Assembly (NCBI GenBank): GCA_965220745.1
Contig: CBDCQT010000006.1
Span: 79,730 to 143,729, forward strand
Length of the DNA stretch: 64,000 bases
Source of the DNA: Alphaproteobacteria bacterium
GTDB taxonomy: Bacteria; Pseudomonadota; Alphaproteobacteria; UBA828
Direction: 5' to 3'
Both the position numbers and the translations under genes were made by a program. The notes beneath the pieces are model-generated. The model ran no database searches. It had not been told where the DNA came from and saw nothing but the letters and a program-made list of their open reading frames with translations. Shown here piece by piece: positions 18,193 to 28,243 of this stretch (positions within the stretch are counted from its first letter, which is position 1; every line of letters starts with the position of its first letter).

Positions 18193-18382
18193 CGAGGCGC
18201 AGACCAACATAAAAGGTGTCGAGGTCCCGAATCCTGATTCAAGCGCCTACGGAGCATCTATAGCGAAACCGGCCATTGCGGGCCTGTTAAGGGGTTCAAG
18301 GGAATGAGCCGACGCGCAATCCAGCGCCAATCCCCAGCCTCGTGGCGGGCGGATGGAATCGCCGGGTGTCTCGGACTGGCAA

Positions 18383-19279
18383 TTAGCGGTCGCGCTCGGC
18401 TGGAGCGGTATCGGCCGTGAGGGCGCGGAGTTGCTCCTCCAGTGCCCGCACTCGCTCGTCCGCTGCGCTTGCCTCCTGCTTCGCCGCAATCGCCTCCTGC
18501 TTCGCCGCGCTTGTTTCCTGCTCTGCGGCGCTCGCCCGCTCCTCTGCGGCGCTCGCCCGCTGCTTGGCTGCAATTACCTCCTGCTTTGCTGCCCGCGAAT
18601 CACGCTCCGCGATCCGCCTCCGCCGCTCGGCTTCTTCCAGCGCGCCGTCGGTCTCTTCCCCGGTGCGCGGATCCCGGAACACCAGCACCGTCGCCCGGGC
18701 CTGCCTTTGGCTGCGCAGTTCCAGCCCCAGCACCTGGCTCCGGTACCGCCGCTCCCGGTCGCTGCTCGCCACTGGCTGCACCGGGTCATACTTCCCCCCG
18801 CTGGCCTCGTAGCCCTCCAACGCTGACCCCATCAAGGTCCCGTCCGGGTCCAGCCGCCAGTACTCCCGAACACCTATCCGGGCGTACTCCCGCGCCTTGT
18901 GCTCGGCGTCATTCTCCGCCGTCGACGGCGACGCCACCTCCAGCACGAAATCCGGGGCTTTGCCTTCCTCCCAGATCCGGTACGAACTGCGATTCTCAGG
19001 GCTCACCCCGAACACCACCTGCACGTCCGGCTGGAGCCAGAGATTGTTATCGTCACGCCGGTAGTACACCGCCAGTTCCATGGCCACCAGCACGTCCGTG
19101 CGCTCCCGGAAGTGGTTTCGCAAGGCCGCCGAGGCTTGCAAGACAGCATCGCCGTGCGCGATGCTCTGCGCGATCCAATTGCGTTCCGGGTAATCGACTT
19201 CGTCCAGCTTCGCAGAGGCGTCGGCAATGGCGGTGGCCCGCCCGGCAAGTTCGGTGTCTGTAGCCGTCGTGAAGGGCAT
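18383..19279 (-). CDS. Uma2 (DUF820) family PD-(D/E)XK endonuclease, copy 1
   Basis: QPDVQVVFGV, PDFVLEVASPST, K..EYARIGVREYWRLDP; C-terminal heptad repeats. Confidence 0.9.
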   Translation of the reverse strand: MPFTTATDTELAGRATAIADASAKLDEVDYPERNWIAQSIAHGDAVLQASAALRNHFRERTDVLVAMELAVYYRRDDNNLWLQPDVQVVFGVSPENRSSYRIWEEGKAPDFVLEVASPSTAENDAEHKAREYARIGVREYWRLDPDGTLMGSALEGYEASGGKYDPVQPVASSDRERRYRSQVLGLELRSQRQARATVLVFRDPRTGEETDGALEEAERRRRIAERDSRAAKQEVIAAKQRASAAEERASAAEQETSAAKQEAIAAKQEASAADERVRALEEQLRALTADTAPAERDR

Positions 19280-20067
19280 CTTGCAACGAGCGGCGTGCGA
19301 ATGCGCCGCCTTGGGTTGATCCTAGCACCGTGCCAGAGCTCGTCCCCCGACCCGTCGCTGTCGTGACGCGAGCTTGATTGCCCGCGCTGCTCGCGCTTAG
19401 AGCGACGCGGTGCTCAGCTTGCGACAGAGGTCTCGCCGGCGCGCCCCCTGTGCGCCTAGCTCAGCCTGCAACCATACGCGGCGCGAGTGGATCTGCGCTC
19501 TGGAGGCATGTGCAAGCAAGCGTGCTTGCGCTGGTTTGTGCGCGCGGCTCCACTGAGCGAACGGCGGTGCTTGGGGGAGCCAGACGGCGGCCCCTGCAGG
19601 CCAACTTGGGCGGCTCTCCGGGCACCGGGTCGGGAGCGGAAGTCGACATGCCGGCCAAGGGAGGGTGTTGCGGGGGTTGGCCGCGGGCCACCGCCCGCAG
19701 TTGTGCCTGCATTCCCCCTACGCCGACGTGCTGAGCCCGCCCCTAGCGGTCCGATTCGAGCACAGCGAGGCACTTTGTGGCGGGCGATGCAGCACTTCGA
19801 TCGGGAGATCGAACGCCCCTGGGAAGGCGAGCCAATCCCACCGTAAACTTGACTCGCTTGTAAACGCTACGCCTAGCGAGGCAAGCCTCAGACCAACAAG
19901 GAAAGACGTGGAATCATCGGAATCCGACGTTGATCATCAACGCCATGGTCACGAGATTTGTGGGTTGCGGGTCCAGGTGGGAGGGTAAGGGTACGAGCCG
20001 AGGCACATTGAGGCACGGAGCCTCATCCCCCGATAGGTGGACGATTTTGCGGGACGGTCCCTCGACT

Positions 20068-20919
20068 CTAGGGGTCGCGTTCCGGCGGAGAGCCATGGGC
20101 CGTCAGAGCCCGGAGTCGCTCCTCCAGTGCCCGCGCTCTCTCCTCCGCTGCGGTGACTCGCTGCTGTAATGTCTGCTTCTCGCGCACTGCTGCTTGCTTT
20201 TCACGCACTGCTACTTGCTTTTCACGCACTGCTGCTTGCTTGTCGCGCTCCGCGATCCGCCGCTGCCGCTCGGCTCCTTCCAGCCTGCCATCGAACTCCT
20301 CGCCCGTGCGAGGGTCAGTGAACACCAGGACCGTCACCCCGGCCTGCCTCCGGCTGCGCAGCTCCAGCCCCAGCACGCGGCTCCGCAACGCACCGCTCCG
20401 GCCCGCGCCCTCGACCGGCTGCACCTGCTCGTACTGCTCCGCGCTGGCCACGTAGCCCTCCAGGGAAGTCTCCATCAAGGTCCCGGCCGGATCCAGCCGC
20501 CAGTGCTCGCGCACGCCTATCCTGGCGTATTCCCGCGCCTTGTGCTCGGCATCGTTCTCCGCCGTCGACGGCGACGCCACCTCCAGCACGAAGTCCGGCG
20601 CCTTGCCTTCTTCCCAGATTCGGAACGAACCGCGACTGCCGCAGTGCTCCACCCCGAACACCACTTGCACATCCGGCTGCAGTCGAAGCTTGCTGTTGCC
20701 GCGCTGGTAGTACACGACCAGCTCCATGGCCACCAGCACGTCCGCACGCTCACGGAAGTAGTAGTCCAGGGCCGTGGCGGCCTGCCGCACGGCGTCCCCG
20801 TGCCCCACGCTCTGGGCGATCCAATGCCCTTCCGGGTACTCGACCTCGTCGGGCTCCGGCGCCACTGCGGGGGCGCCGGGCGATGTCAGTGCGGGAAGTT
20901 CTGTCTGCGTGGTAGCCAT
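20068..20919 (-). CDS. Uma2 (DUF820) family endonuclease, copy 2
   Basis: Same motifs; ATG at 20919 (MATTQTEL) with TATAAT about 45 bp upstream. Confidence 0.9.
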   Translation of the reverse strand: MATTQTELPALTSPGAPAVAPEPDEVEYPEGHWIAQSVGHGDAVRQAATALDYYFRERADVLVAMELVVYYQRGNSKLRLQPDVQVVFGVEHCGSRGSFRIWEEGKAPDFVLEVASPSTAENDAEHKAREYARIGVREHWRLDPAGTLMETSLEGYVASAEQYEQVQPVEGAGRSGALRSRVLGLELRSRRQAGVTVLVFTDPRTGEEFDGRLEGAERQRRIAERDKQAAVREKQVAVREKQAAVREKQTLQQRVTAAEERARALEERLRALTAHGSPPERDP

Positions 20920-21390
20920 CGTCGCCCTGCAGTATGCAAATGCGCGTGAACGCCAATGCTCTTGATTATAGAGCCGCCGTAGTAGGCCGGGACCGCCCAG
21001 CAAGTGACAGGATGGTGTTGCCGGCAATGGTCGGCCTCGCCCGGACGCGGGCGGCGCCAGCGGCACCGAGACCTGCAGCAACAGTCCACGTTGCAGGGCA
21101 GCAAGGGGTCTAGCCACGCTTCGCCTCAACCGGGCGAGAGCGGCACTTCGGCGTCGAGACTTGACCTAATCGTCAGCCTTACGCCGAGACAAGGCGTCTA
21201 GCGAGGCGCGCCTCAGACCAACGAGCCGCTGAGATCCCGGATCCTAACTCACGCGCCTACGCAGCATCGATAGCGAGACCGGCGATCGCGGGTCTGATCG
21301 AGAGTTCAAGGAACGAGTCGACGCGTAATCCAGCGCCAATCCACAGATCGTGGCCGGCGGATGGTATCGCCGAGTGCCTTGGCATGCCAG

Positions 21391-22245
21391 CTAGCGGTCG
21401 CGCTGCCCTGGAGTGGTACGGGTCGTGAGGGCGCGCAGTTGCTCCTCCAGTGCTCGCACTCGCTCGTCCGCCACGCTTGCCGCCTGCTTCGCCGCGCTTG
21501 CCTCCTGCTGTGCTGCGTTCGCCCGCTCCTCCGCCGCGTTCGCCCGCTGATTGGCTGCCCGCGAATCTCGCTCCGCGATCCGCCTCCGCCGCTCGGCTTC
21601 TTCCAGCGCGCCGTCGGTCTCTTCACCCGTGCGCGGGTCCCGCAACACCAGTACCGTCCCGCGAGCCTGCCTCCGGCTGCGCAGTTCCAACCCCAACACC
21701 CGGCTCCGATGCCACTGACCCGCATTGCTGCTCGCCACCGGCTGCACCGGGTCATACTTCCCCCCGCCGGCCTCGTAGCCCTCTAACGACGACCCCATCA
21801 AGGTTCCATCCGGGTCCAGCCGCCAGTATTCCCGGACCCCGATCCTGACGTACTCCCGCGCCTTGTGCTCGGCGTCATTCTTCGCCGTCGACGGCGACGC
21901 CACCTCCAGCACGAAATCCGGGGCTTTGCCTTCCTCCCAGATCCGGTACGAACTGCGGTTCTCAGGGCTCACCCCGAACACCACCTGCACGTCTGGTTGC
22001 AGCCAGAGATTGTTGTCCTCTCGCCGGTAGTACACCGCCAATTCCATGGCCACCAGCACGTCCGTGCGCTCCCGGAAGTGGTTCCGCAAGGCTGCCGTCG
22101 CCTGCAACACAGCATCGCCGTGCGCGATGCTCTGAGCGATCCAATTCCGTTCCGGGTATTCGACCTCGTCCGGCTTCGCAGATGCCTCGGCAGCGGCTGT
22201 GGCCCGCCCGGAAAGTGCGGTGTCCTTGGCGGTCGTGAAGGGCAT
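21391..22245 (-). CDS. Uma2 (DUF820) family endonuclease, copy 3
   Basis: Same motifs; very similar to copy 1. Confidence 0.9.
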   Translation of the reverse strand: MPFTTAKDTALSGRATAAAEASAKPDEVEYPERNWIAQSIAHGDAVLQATAALRNHFRERTDVLVAMELAVYYRREDNNLWLQPDVQVVFGVSPENRSSYRIWEEGKAPDFVLEVASPSTAKNDAEHKAREYVRIGVREYWRLDPDGTLMGSSLEGYEAGGGKYDPVQPVASSNAGQWHRSRVLGLELRSRRQARGTVLVLRDPRTGEETDGALEEAERRRRIAERDSRAANQRANAAEERANAAQQEASAAKQAASVADERVRALEEQLRALTTRTTPGQRDR

Positions 22246-22598
22246 GTCGCAACGGGTAGCGCACGAACGCGCCGCCTAGAGATGATGCTAGCACCGTGCC
22301 ACTGCGGTCTGAGCGGGGCGCCCGCTGTGCCGCGAACTCAGCCTGTCACCACACACGACTTGGCATGCCTGCTAGGCCCGCCTGCTGAGCCCGTCCGTAG
22401 CGTTCCGGCGCGAGTGCGGCAACGCCCCTTGCAGCGGGCGCTGCAACACTTCGCTCGGAAGATCGAGCGCCTCTGAGAAGGCGAGTCAATCTCACCGGAA
22501 ACTTGACTCGCTTGTAAACGCTACGCTTAGACAAGGAATCTAGCGCGCCCACAGCTTCGGCGGAGCGAAGCCGGGTTTCCGGTGGGCCGGGCCGTGCG

Positions 22599-24053
22599 CT
22601 AGTACCGCGAGACGCGGTTGGGCCCGACATCCGTCGCTGTGGCCAGCGCGTCGAAATTCATAACCATGTGATCGTGACGCACCTGCGCTAGGCGCGGGTC
22701 GTCCCAGAGATTGTCAAACTCGCCCGGATCGGCTTCTAGGTCGAAGAGCTCGCCCAAGCCGTGACCGTGGTAGGTGACCTGCTTGAAGCGCTCGCTGCGC
22801 ACCATCGTGCCGAAGCTCTGCACTCCCGCCAAGGCGCGGTAGTACTCGCTGCGCACGAACTCTCGGTGATGTCCGGGTGCTGCCTTGCCTTCCAGCACGG
22901 AAGCCAGCGACTTGCCGTGCATCGTGCTCGGCACGCTGAGCCCGGCCGCCTCCAGCAGCGTCGGAGCGAGATCCGTCAGTTCCACCAGCGCTTCGCTGCG
23001 CAGCCCTTGCCGGAAACGCCCCGGCCACGAAATCACGAGCGGGACGTGCACCAAGCTCTCGTAGAAGCGGCAGCCCTTCAGCAAGAGGCCGTGATCTCCG
23101 AGCGTCTCGCCGTGGTCGCTGGTGAAGATGACCATCGTGTTGGCCAGTTGGCCGCTGTCCTGCAAGGCGTCCAGCATTCTGCCAACGTTGTGATCGATCA
23201 GTTCGATCATGGCGAAGTATTTCGCTTGGTACGACCTTGCGTTGAAGTCCTCCGGCCGCCGCGCCGGTGTCTGGAAGTTGACAGCCTCGAGCCGTTGCTG
23301 GGCCTCCAGATCCGACTCGCGGAACAGCGGGCCGGGCATGTCCGCTGCAGGGTAGTGCTCCAGCCACTCCTGTGGCGGGTCGAACGGCGAGTGCGGGTCG
23401 AAGCAGTTCAGGCTGAACAGCCAAGGCCCGGAGCGCTCTTCGCGCATGAAGTCGATGGCTCGGTCGGCGCACCAGGTAGTTTGGTGAAACTCGCTGGGAA
23501 TGTAGCCGAGCCGCCCGTAAATCGAATCGTAGTCCTTGCCCAGCGAGCGCAGCCACTCGATATAGGCGTGCCCCTCGGGCCAGTCGTCGCTGGGATGATG
23601 GCTCCAGTCAAACACTCGGTATCCGTCATCAACGCGCGGCTCGATCCGGCCTTGTGCGCCGGAGAGGTGAAACTTGCCGGCCAGGGCGCAGTCGTATCCG
23701 GCGTCAGCGAGCGACTTGGTGACCAAGGGCGCTGCGTCGTCCCAGGTCTCGTTCCCGTTCATGCAGCCATGCACCGCAGATGGATACATGCCGGTCAGGA
23801 AGCTCGCCCGGCTGGGCGTGCAGATCGGAGATTGGCAATATGCGTTCTCGAACGCGACGCCGCTCGCGACCAAGCGGTCGATTTGCGGAGTGCGGACGTG
23901 CCCGTTTCCGAGAGAGCGGATCGTGTCCCAGCGCTGTTGGTCGGTGCATATCCAAAGGATGTTGGGGCGGCTGTCTGCGGAACGGGCCTTGGGGCTGGCC
24001 AAGGCGGCCCCGCTGGCGCCCAGAAAGCCCCTTCTGGTGACGGTGGAACCCAT
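22599..24053 (-). CDS. Sulfatase (Cys-type formylglycine), Tat-exported
   Basis: TRRGFL Tat motif, PNILWICTDQQR, CTPSRAS, GKFH, FTSDHG. Confidence 0.92.
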   Translation of the reverse strand: MGSTVTRRGFLGASGAALASPKARSADSRPNILWICTDQQRWDTIRSLGNGHVRTPQIDRLVASGVAFENAYCQSPICTPSRASFLTGMYPSAVHGCMNGNETWDDAAPLVTKSLADAGYDCALAGKFHLSGAQGRIEPRVDDGYRVFDWSHHPSDDWPEGHAYIEWLRSLGKDYDSIYGRLGYIPSEFHQTTWCADRAIDFMREERSGPWLFSLNCFDPHSPFDPPQEWLEHYPAADMPGPLFRESDLEAQQRLEAVNFQTPARRPEDFNARSYQAKYFAMIELIDHNVGRMLDALQDSGQLANTMVIFTSDHGETLGDHGLLLKGCRFYESLVHVPLVISWPGRFRQGLRSEALVELTDLAPTLLEAAGLSVPSTMHGKSLASVLEGKAAPGHHREFVRSEYYRALAGVQSFGTMVRSERFKQVTYHGHGLGELFDLEADPGEFDNLWDDPRLAQVRHDHMVMNFDALATATDVGPNRVSRY

Positions 24054-24146
24054 AGTGCCCGAAATTAAGGCATTAGAGGCGCGCCAAGCGGCAACTGGCT
24101 GGCAAGCACAGAGCGCAGTCAGAAGATCAGTGGTAAAATCCCGAAC

Positions 24147-27100
24147 ATGATGAGCGTCTTCAATAAGCCATGTCAGTGTGTAGTTTGGATTCGCGCTGGA
24201 ATACTGTTTCTATCGACACTCTTTCTGGCACCGGTCTTGTTCGGGCAATCGAGCGGTCTGAGCGGAGTGGTCACTGACGAGACCGGCGGCGTTATCCCTG
24301 GCGCAGAGATCGACATCATGAACGAAGCCAATGGCTTCCAGCGTTCAGTGGAGTCCAACGAAGAGGGGAACTACACGTTCGCCCAGTTGCCGCCAGGGTC
24401 GTATACCCTATCGGCGGTCCAAGAGGGTTTCGCGCCGGTGATTATCGAGGGTGTTTCGCTGCTGGTCAACACCAACGTGACCCTCCCGGTCGTCTTCGGC
24501 ACCGTCGAGGCGGTCGAGGAAGCGGTCACGGTTTCCGCCTCTGCGGCGCAGCTGAACACGACTGACGCTTCGGTCGGGAACGCCTTCGGCACAAAGCCGA
24601 TCGTGCAGCTCCCGCTGAACGCCCGCAACCCGGCGGGATTGCTCTCGCTGCAGGCAGGCGTCACCTTCCTGAGCGCCGATCCGCTGGATTCGAAAAAGGT
24701 GGGCGACATCCGAAACGGCACCGTGAACGGCGCTCGTAGCGACCAGTCGAACGTGACGCTTGATGGCGTCGATGTGAACGACCAGAACGGGCGCCTGCCC
24801 TTCACCAGCGTGCTGCGCAACACCTTGGACTCGATCCAGGAATTCCGGGTCGTCACAACCACCGCGAACGCAGATCAGGGTCGGTCAGCGGGCGCGCAGG
24901 TCGCATTGGTAACCCGCAGCGGGACCAATGAGGTCCACGGCTCGTTATACGAATTCCACCGCAACACAGCTACCGCGGCCAACGACTTCTTCAACAACAG
25001 CGCGGGCGTCGACCGGGCGAAGCTGATCCGCAACGTTTTCGGGGCCTCCATTGGCGGTCCAATCAAGCAAAGCCGCCTGTTCTACTTCGCCAACTACGAA
25101 GGCCGCAGGGACGCTAGCGAGGGCGGCGTGGTGCGCACGGTGCCCAGCGACTCCCTGCGCCAAGGCTTCGTCAAGTACAGGGGAGTCGGGGGAGCGGTGC
25201 AGGAACTCGACCCGGCATTTATCCAGTCCCAGATCGATCCTCTGAAAATGGGTCCCAGCCCGGCCGCGCTCCAGTACTTCAGTGACTTCCCGGCCCCGAA
25301 CGACTCCACCGTCGGCGACGGGCTGAACACTTCCGGCTACAGGTTCACCGCATCGACCCCGCTGGTCTGGAACACAGTCATTTCGAAGGTGGATTGGAAC
25401 GCCGACGAGAACGGGGCCCACCGCATCTTCGTGCGCGGCAATTTTCAGCACGATCACATCGGGGGCTTGCCCCAGTTTCCTGGCCAGGACCCGAACAGGG
25501 AAACCGATGACAGGAGCCGCGGCTTGGCAATTGGGTACACCGGGTTGATCGGACCGGGCATCGTCAGCAACTTCCGCTACGGTTTCACGGGCCAAGATGT
25601 GATGCTGTCCGGAGTCCAGAACGAGTCCCGGGTGAGATTGGGGGACAGCCTCTTCGATGACTCCTTCGGCAGCACGACGCCGGAGTCGAACTACCTGCCG
25701 GTGCATACTGTGGCCGAAGATATCTCGATTGTGCGCGGCCAGCACTCTTGGCAATTCGGCGGAGTCTTCCGATCCATCCGCAACCGCCGCATGAACTCCA
25801 GCAACAGCTTTCACTTCGCCAAGCAGGCCGCGTGGGCATTGACGGACGGCCCGGCCTTGTTCGACACGCCACTCGCCGTCGCCCCCGCGAACCCGGGGAC
25901 CTACCGCGAGACCATGGCAACGGTGCTTGGCCTGGTCAACTTCTACGACGCGAACTACAACTACGACATCCAGGGCAATCCGCTAGCGGCGGGAGACCCG
26001 GTCAGCCGCACGTTCGGCATGGAAGAGCTGGAGCTGTACTTCCAGGACACTTGGCGCGCCAAGCCGGGTTTGACAATCACGGCGGGACTGCGCTGGTCGT
26101 TCATGCCGCCCGTGAGAGAAGTCAACGGGGTGCAGGTCCGCATCACCCCGAGGCTGGACAACTACATCGCGACCCGCGTGGACCTGGCCGAGAGCGGCCG
26201 GCCTACCCATGAGGCGGGACCCATCGGTTTCGTGGGGATCGACGACCCCAACGGCGGACCGCTGTGGGCGACGCACTCGAGGAACTTCTCGCCGCGGCTC
26301 GCCGTCGCGTTCTCGCCGCAGGCTCGCGACGGTTTTCTGGGCAAGCTTTTCGGCGGTCCCGGCAAGACATCGATCCGGGCGGGCGCGGGGCTGTTCTACG
26401 ACATTTTCGGCATGGGCATGATCCAGATGCTCGACCGCAACGCGTTCGGCCTGACGAGCAGGGTGACTACCCAGAACTTCACGGTTTCGAACTCGCCCCG
26501 CTTCGAAGGGCAGACGAATATTCCCTCCCGCGGGATCGCGCCGCCGCCGCCAGGCGGCCCCGGCACGCCCAACCCCATGGGACTGGCTTGGAGCCAGGGC
26601 GTCGATTCGAGCGTGCTGCCGCCGTACAGCATCAACCCCACCGTGACCGTTTCCCGCGAGCTCGGAGGCGGCTTCATGATGGAGGTTGGCTATATCGGAA
26701 GGCTCAGCCGCAGGCAGCTGATCAACGACACTGCCGTTGCCCAGTACACCAACTTCAAGGATCCGGCATCCGGCCAGTACCTGCTTGACGCCCTCCAAGA
26801 GCTCGAGCTGATGGCGCGCGGCGGCTGGTCGACCCGGTCCGTGCCGACGGTCGCGTTCTTCGAAAACCAGTTTTCCGCTTCTGCGACGCGGGACTTTACC
26901 GCGACCCAGCGAGTGTACGACGTCATCAGATCGAACAGCCCCGACACCGGTACCGCGATGTACTACCTAGACTACGCCTGCGCCCCTGTCTGCAGCGACG
27001 CGGGTCCGGGCCTTTCGATGAATCCGCAGTTCTGGGGCTTCGACGCGTTGCGATCCTACGGGACGGCGACCTACCACTCGATGCAGGTTTCGCTGCGCAA

Positions 27101-27881
27101 GGGATTCAGCAAAGGGTACCAGTTTGACCTGAACTACACCCTGTCCGAATCCACGGACTTGACCTCGGTTGGCACGCGACGCAGCCAGGGAGAGCGGTTC
27201 GGCCAGATCCCGGGCGACACCTACTGGTCCGCGTTCGGTGTCATCAACTCCTGGGACAGAGAGGCGCAGCGGGCATTCTCGGATTTCGACATGCGCCACC
27301 AGTTCAATGCGAACTGGGTCGTGGAACTGCCCTTCGGGCGCGGCAAACCGTACCTGGCGGACATGGGGCCGGCCGGGCAGGCAGTGCTTGGCGGCTGGCA
27401 GGTCAGCGGCTTGGGGCGCTACACGTCGGGCATGCCACTCAGCATCCTGAACGGTCTGGCCTGGCCGACCTGTTACTGCTACCAGCACTTCGCCGAGCCG
27501 ATCGGGCCGATACCGGCACAGACCAACACGGCCAGCGCGGCGCTGATCGGAGGCGGCACGGGACCGAACGTGTTCAGCAACCCGGCCGCCGCTCTGTCGT
27601 CGTTCCGGCAGGTCGTGGTCGGCGGAATCGGGCAGCGGAACAACCTGCGCGGCCACGGGATCTTCTCGATTGACATGGCTGTCGGAAAACGCTTCCAGCT
27701 GCCCATGGAAGGGCACAGCCTGCAATTCCGGGCCGAGGCGTTCAATCTGACGAACAGCGTGCGCTTCAACGCAGACGCTTGGGAGACGCTGTCCTATACC
27801 TTCACCGGGAGCTTCGGAAACTACTCTAGGGTGCTGATTCCGCCCAGGGTCCTGCAATTCGGATTGCGGTACGAGTTCTAG
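24147..27881 (+). CDS. TonB-dependent receptor (Oar-like) with carboxypeptidase-regulatory N-terminal domain
   Basis: Signal peptide, GVVTDETGGVIPGA, LPLNARN, IQEFRV, TRSGTNEVHGSLYEFHRN, C-terminal PRVLQFGLRYEF. Confidence 0.92.
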   Translation: MMSVFNKPCQCVVWIRAGILFLSTLFLAPVLFGQSSGLSGVVTDETGGVIPGAEIDIMNEANGFQRSVESNEEGNYTFAQLPPGSYTLSAVQEGFAPVIIEGVSLLVNTNVTLPVVFGTVEAVEEAVTVSASAAQLNTTDASVGNAFGTKPIVQLPLNARNPAGLLSLQAGVTFLSADPLDSKKVGDIRNGTVNGARSDQSNVTLDGVDVNDQNGRLPFTSVLRNTLDSIQEFRVVTTTANADQGRSAGAQVALVTRSGTNEVHGSLYEFHRNTATAANDFFNNSAGVDRAKLIRNVFGASIGGPIKQSRLFYFANYEGRRDASEGGVVRTVPSDSLRQGFVKYRGVGGAVQELDPAFIQSQIDPLKMGPSPAALQYFSDFPAPNDSTVGDGLNTSGYRFTASTPLVWNTVISKVDWNADENGAHRIFVRGNFQHDHIGGLPQFPGQDPNRETDDRSRGLAIGYTGLIGPGIVSNFRYGFTGQDVMLSGVQNESRVRLGDSLFDDSFGSTTPESNYLPVHTVAEDISIVRGQHSWQFGGVFRSIRNRRMNSSNSFHFAKQAAWALTDGPALFDTPLAVAPANPGTYRETMATVLGLVNFYDANYNYDIQGNPLAAGDPVSRTFGMEELELYFQDTWRAKPGLTITAGLRWSFMPPVREVNGVQVRITPRLDNYIATRVDLAESGRPTHEAGPIGFVGIDDPNGGPLWATHSRNFSPRLAVAFSPQARDGFLGKLFGGPGKTSIRAGAGLFYDIFGMGMIQMLDRNAFGLTSRVTTQNFTVSNSPRFEGQTNIPSRGIAPPPPGGPGTPNPMGLAWSQGVDSSVLPPYSINPTVTVSRELGGGFMMEVGYIGRLSRRQLINDTAVAQYTNFKDPASGQYLLDALQELELMARGGWSTRSVPTVAFFENQFSASATRDFTATQRVYDVIRSNSPDTGTAMYYLDYACAPVCSDAGPGLSMNPQFWGFDALRSYGTATYHSMQVSLRKGFSKGYQFDLNYTLSESTDLTSVGTRRSQGERFGQIPGDTYWSAFGVINSWDREAQRAFSDFDMRHQFNANWVVELPFGRGKPYLADMGPAGQAVLGGWQVSGLGRYTSGMPLSILNGLAWPTCYCYQHFAEPIGPIPAQTNTASAALIGGGTGPNVFSNPAAALSSFRQVVVGGIGQRNNLRGHGIFSIDMAVGKRFQLPMEGHSLQFRAEAFNLTNSVRFNADAWETLSYTFTGSFGNYSRVLIPPRVLQFGLRYEF

Positions 27882-28194
27882 CCTGAATTCCCAACAGAGG
27901 CCCGAACTGTGACGACCCCGGGAGAGGCCTATGGGTTCTAAACCATACAGTTCGCGAGTAATTGCGACAGACGGGCTGCAAGAGTGTCAGGCTCATCGTG
28001 AATACATGAACGTATAATCGTATTTCTACTATCATCCGCCTGGAGGCGCGCCGCCCGCCCCCGAGCAAGTCCGATCCGCCTCGCTCCCGGCCTGATTTCC
28101 ACGAAACTCCCGCGAGTTCTGCCATTTGCGGCCTGTTTTCGCCGAAAAACGACCTGGGTTTGGCCAAATCCCCCTCCCCGCCGTGATTTCCCGC

Positions 28195-28223
28195 TTGACA
28201 CAAACATTCTATTATGATATTGT
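28195..28223 (+). promoter_or_regulatory. Sigma70-type promoter of the transposase
   Basis: TTGACA-N17-TATTGT with TGn extension. Confidence 0.55.
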
Positions 28224-28243
28224 TCTATTGTGTTCATGGGTTC

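Larger units (their letters stand above)
18189..22543. repeat. Three tandem units (about 1684, 1325, 1342 bp), each carrying one Uma2 gene, delimited by CTAG
   Basis: CTAG at 18189, 19873, 21198, 22540; units start CTAGCGAGGC..CAGACCAAC and end ACTTGAC..TACGC.. Confidence 0.8.

Noticed and set aside
6236-22245. DGR or retron interpretation of the RT plus the repeated Uma2 genes
   Set aside because: The RT has domain X and complete intron boundaries. Differences between Uma2 copies look scattered rather than adenine-specific, with no TR/VR pair or msr-msd seen.
18189-22543. Integron cassette array
   Set aside because: No intI and no attC R-box pattern (RYYYAAC..GTTRRRY) with long imperfect palindromes at the junctions.
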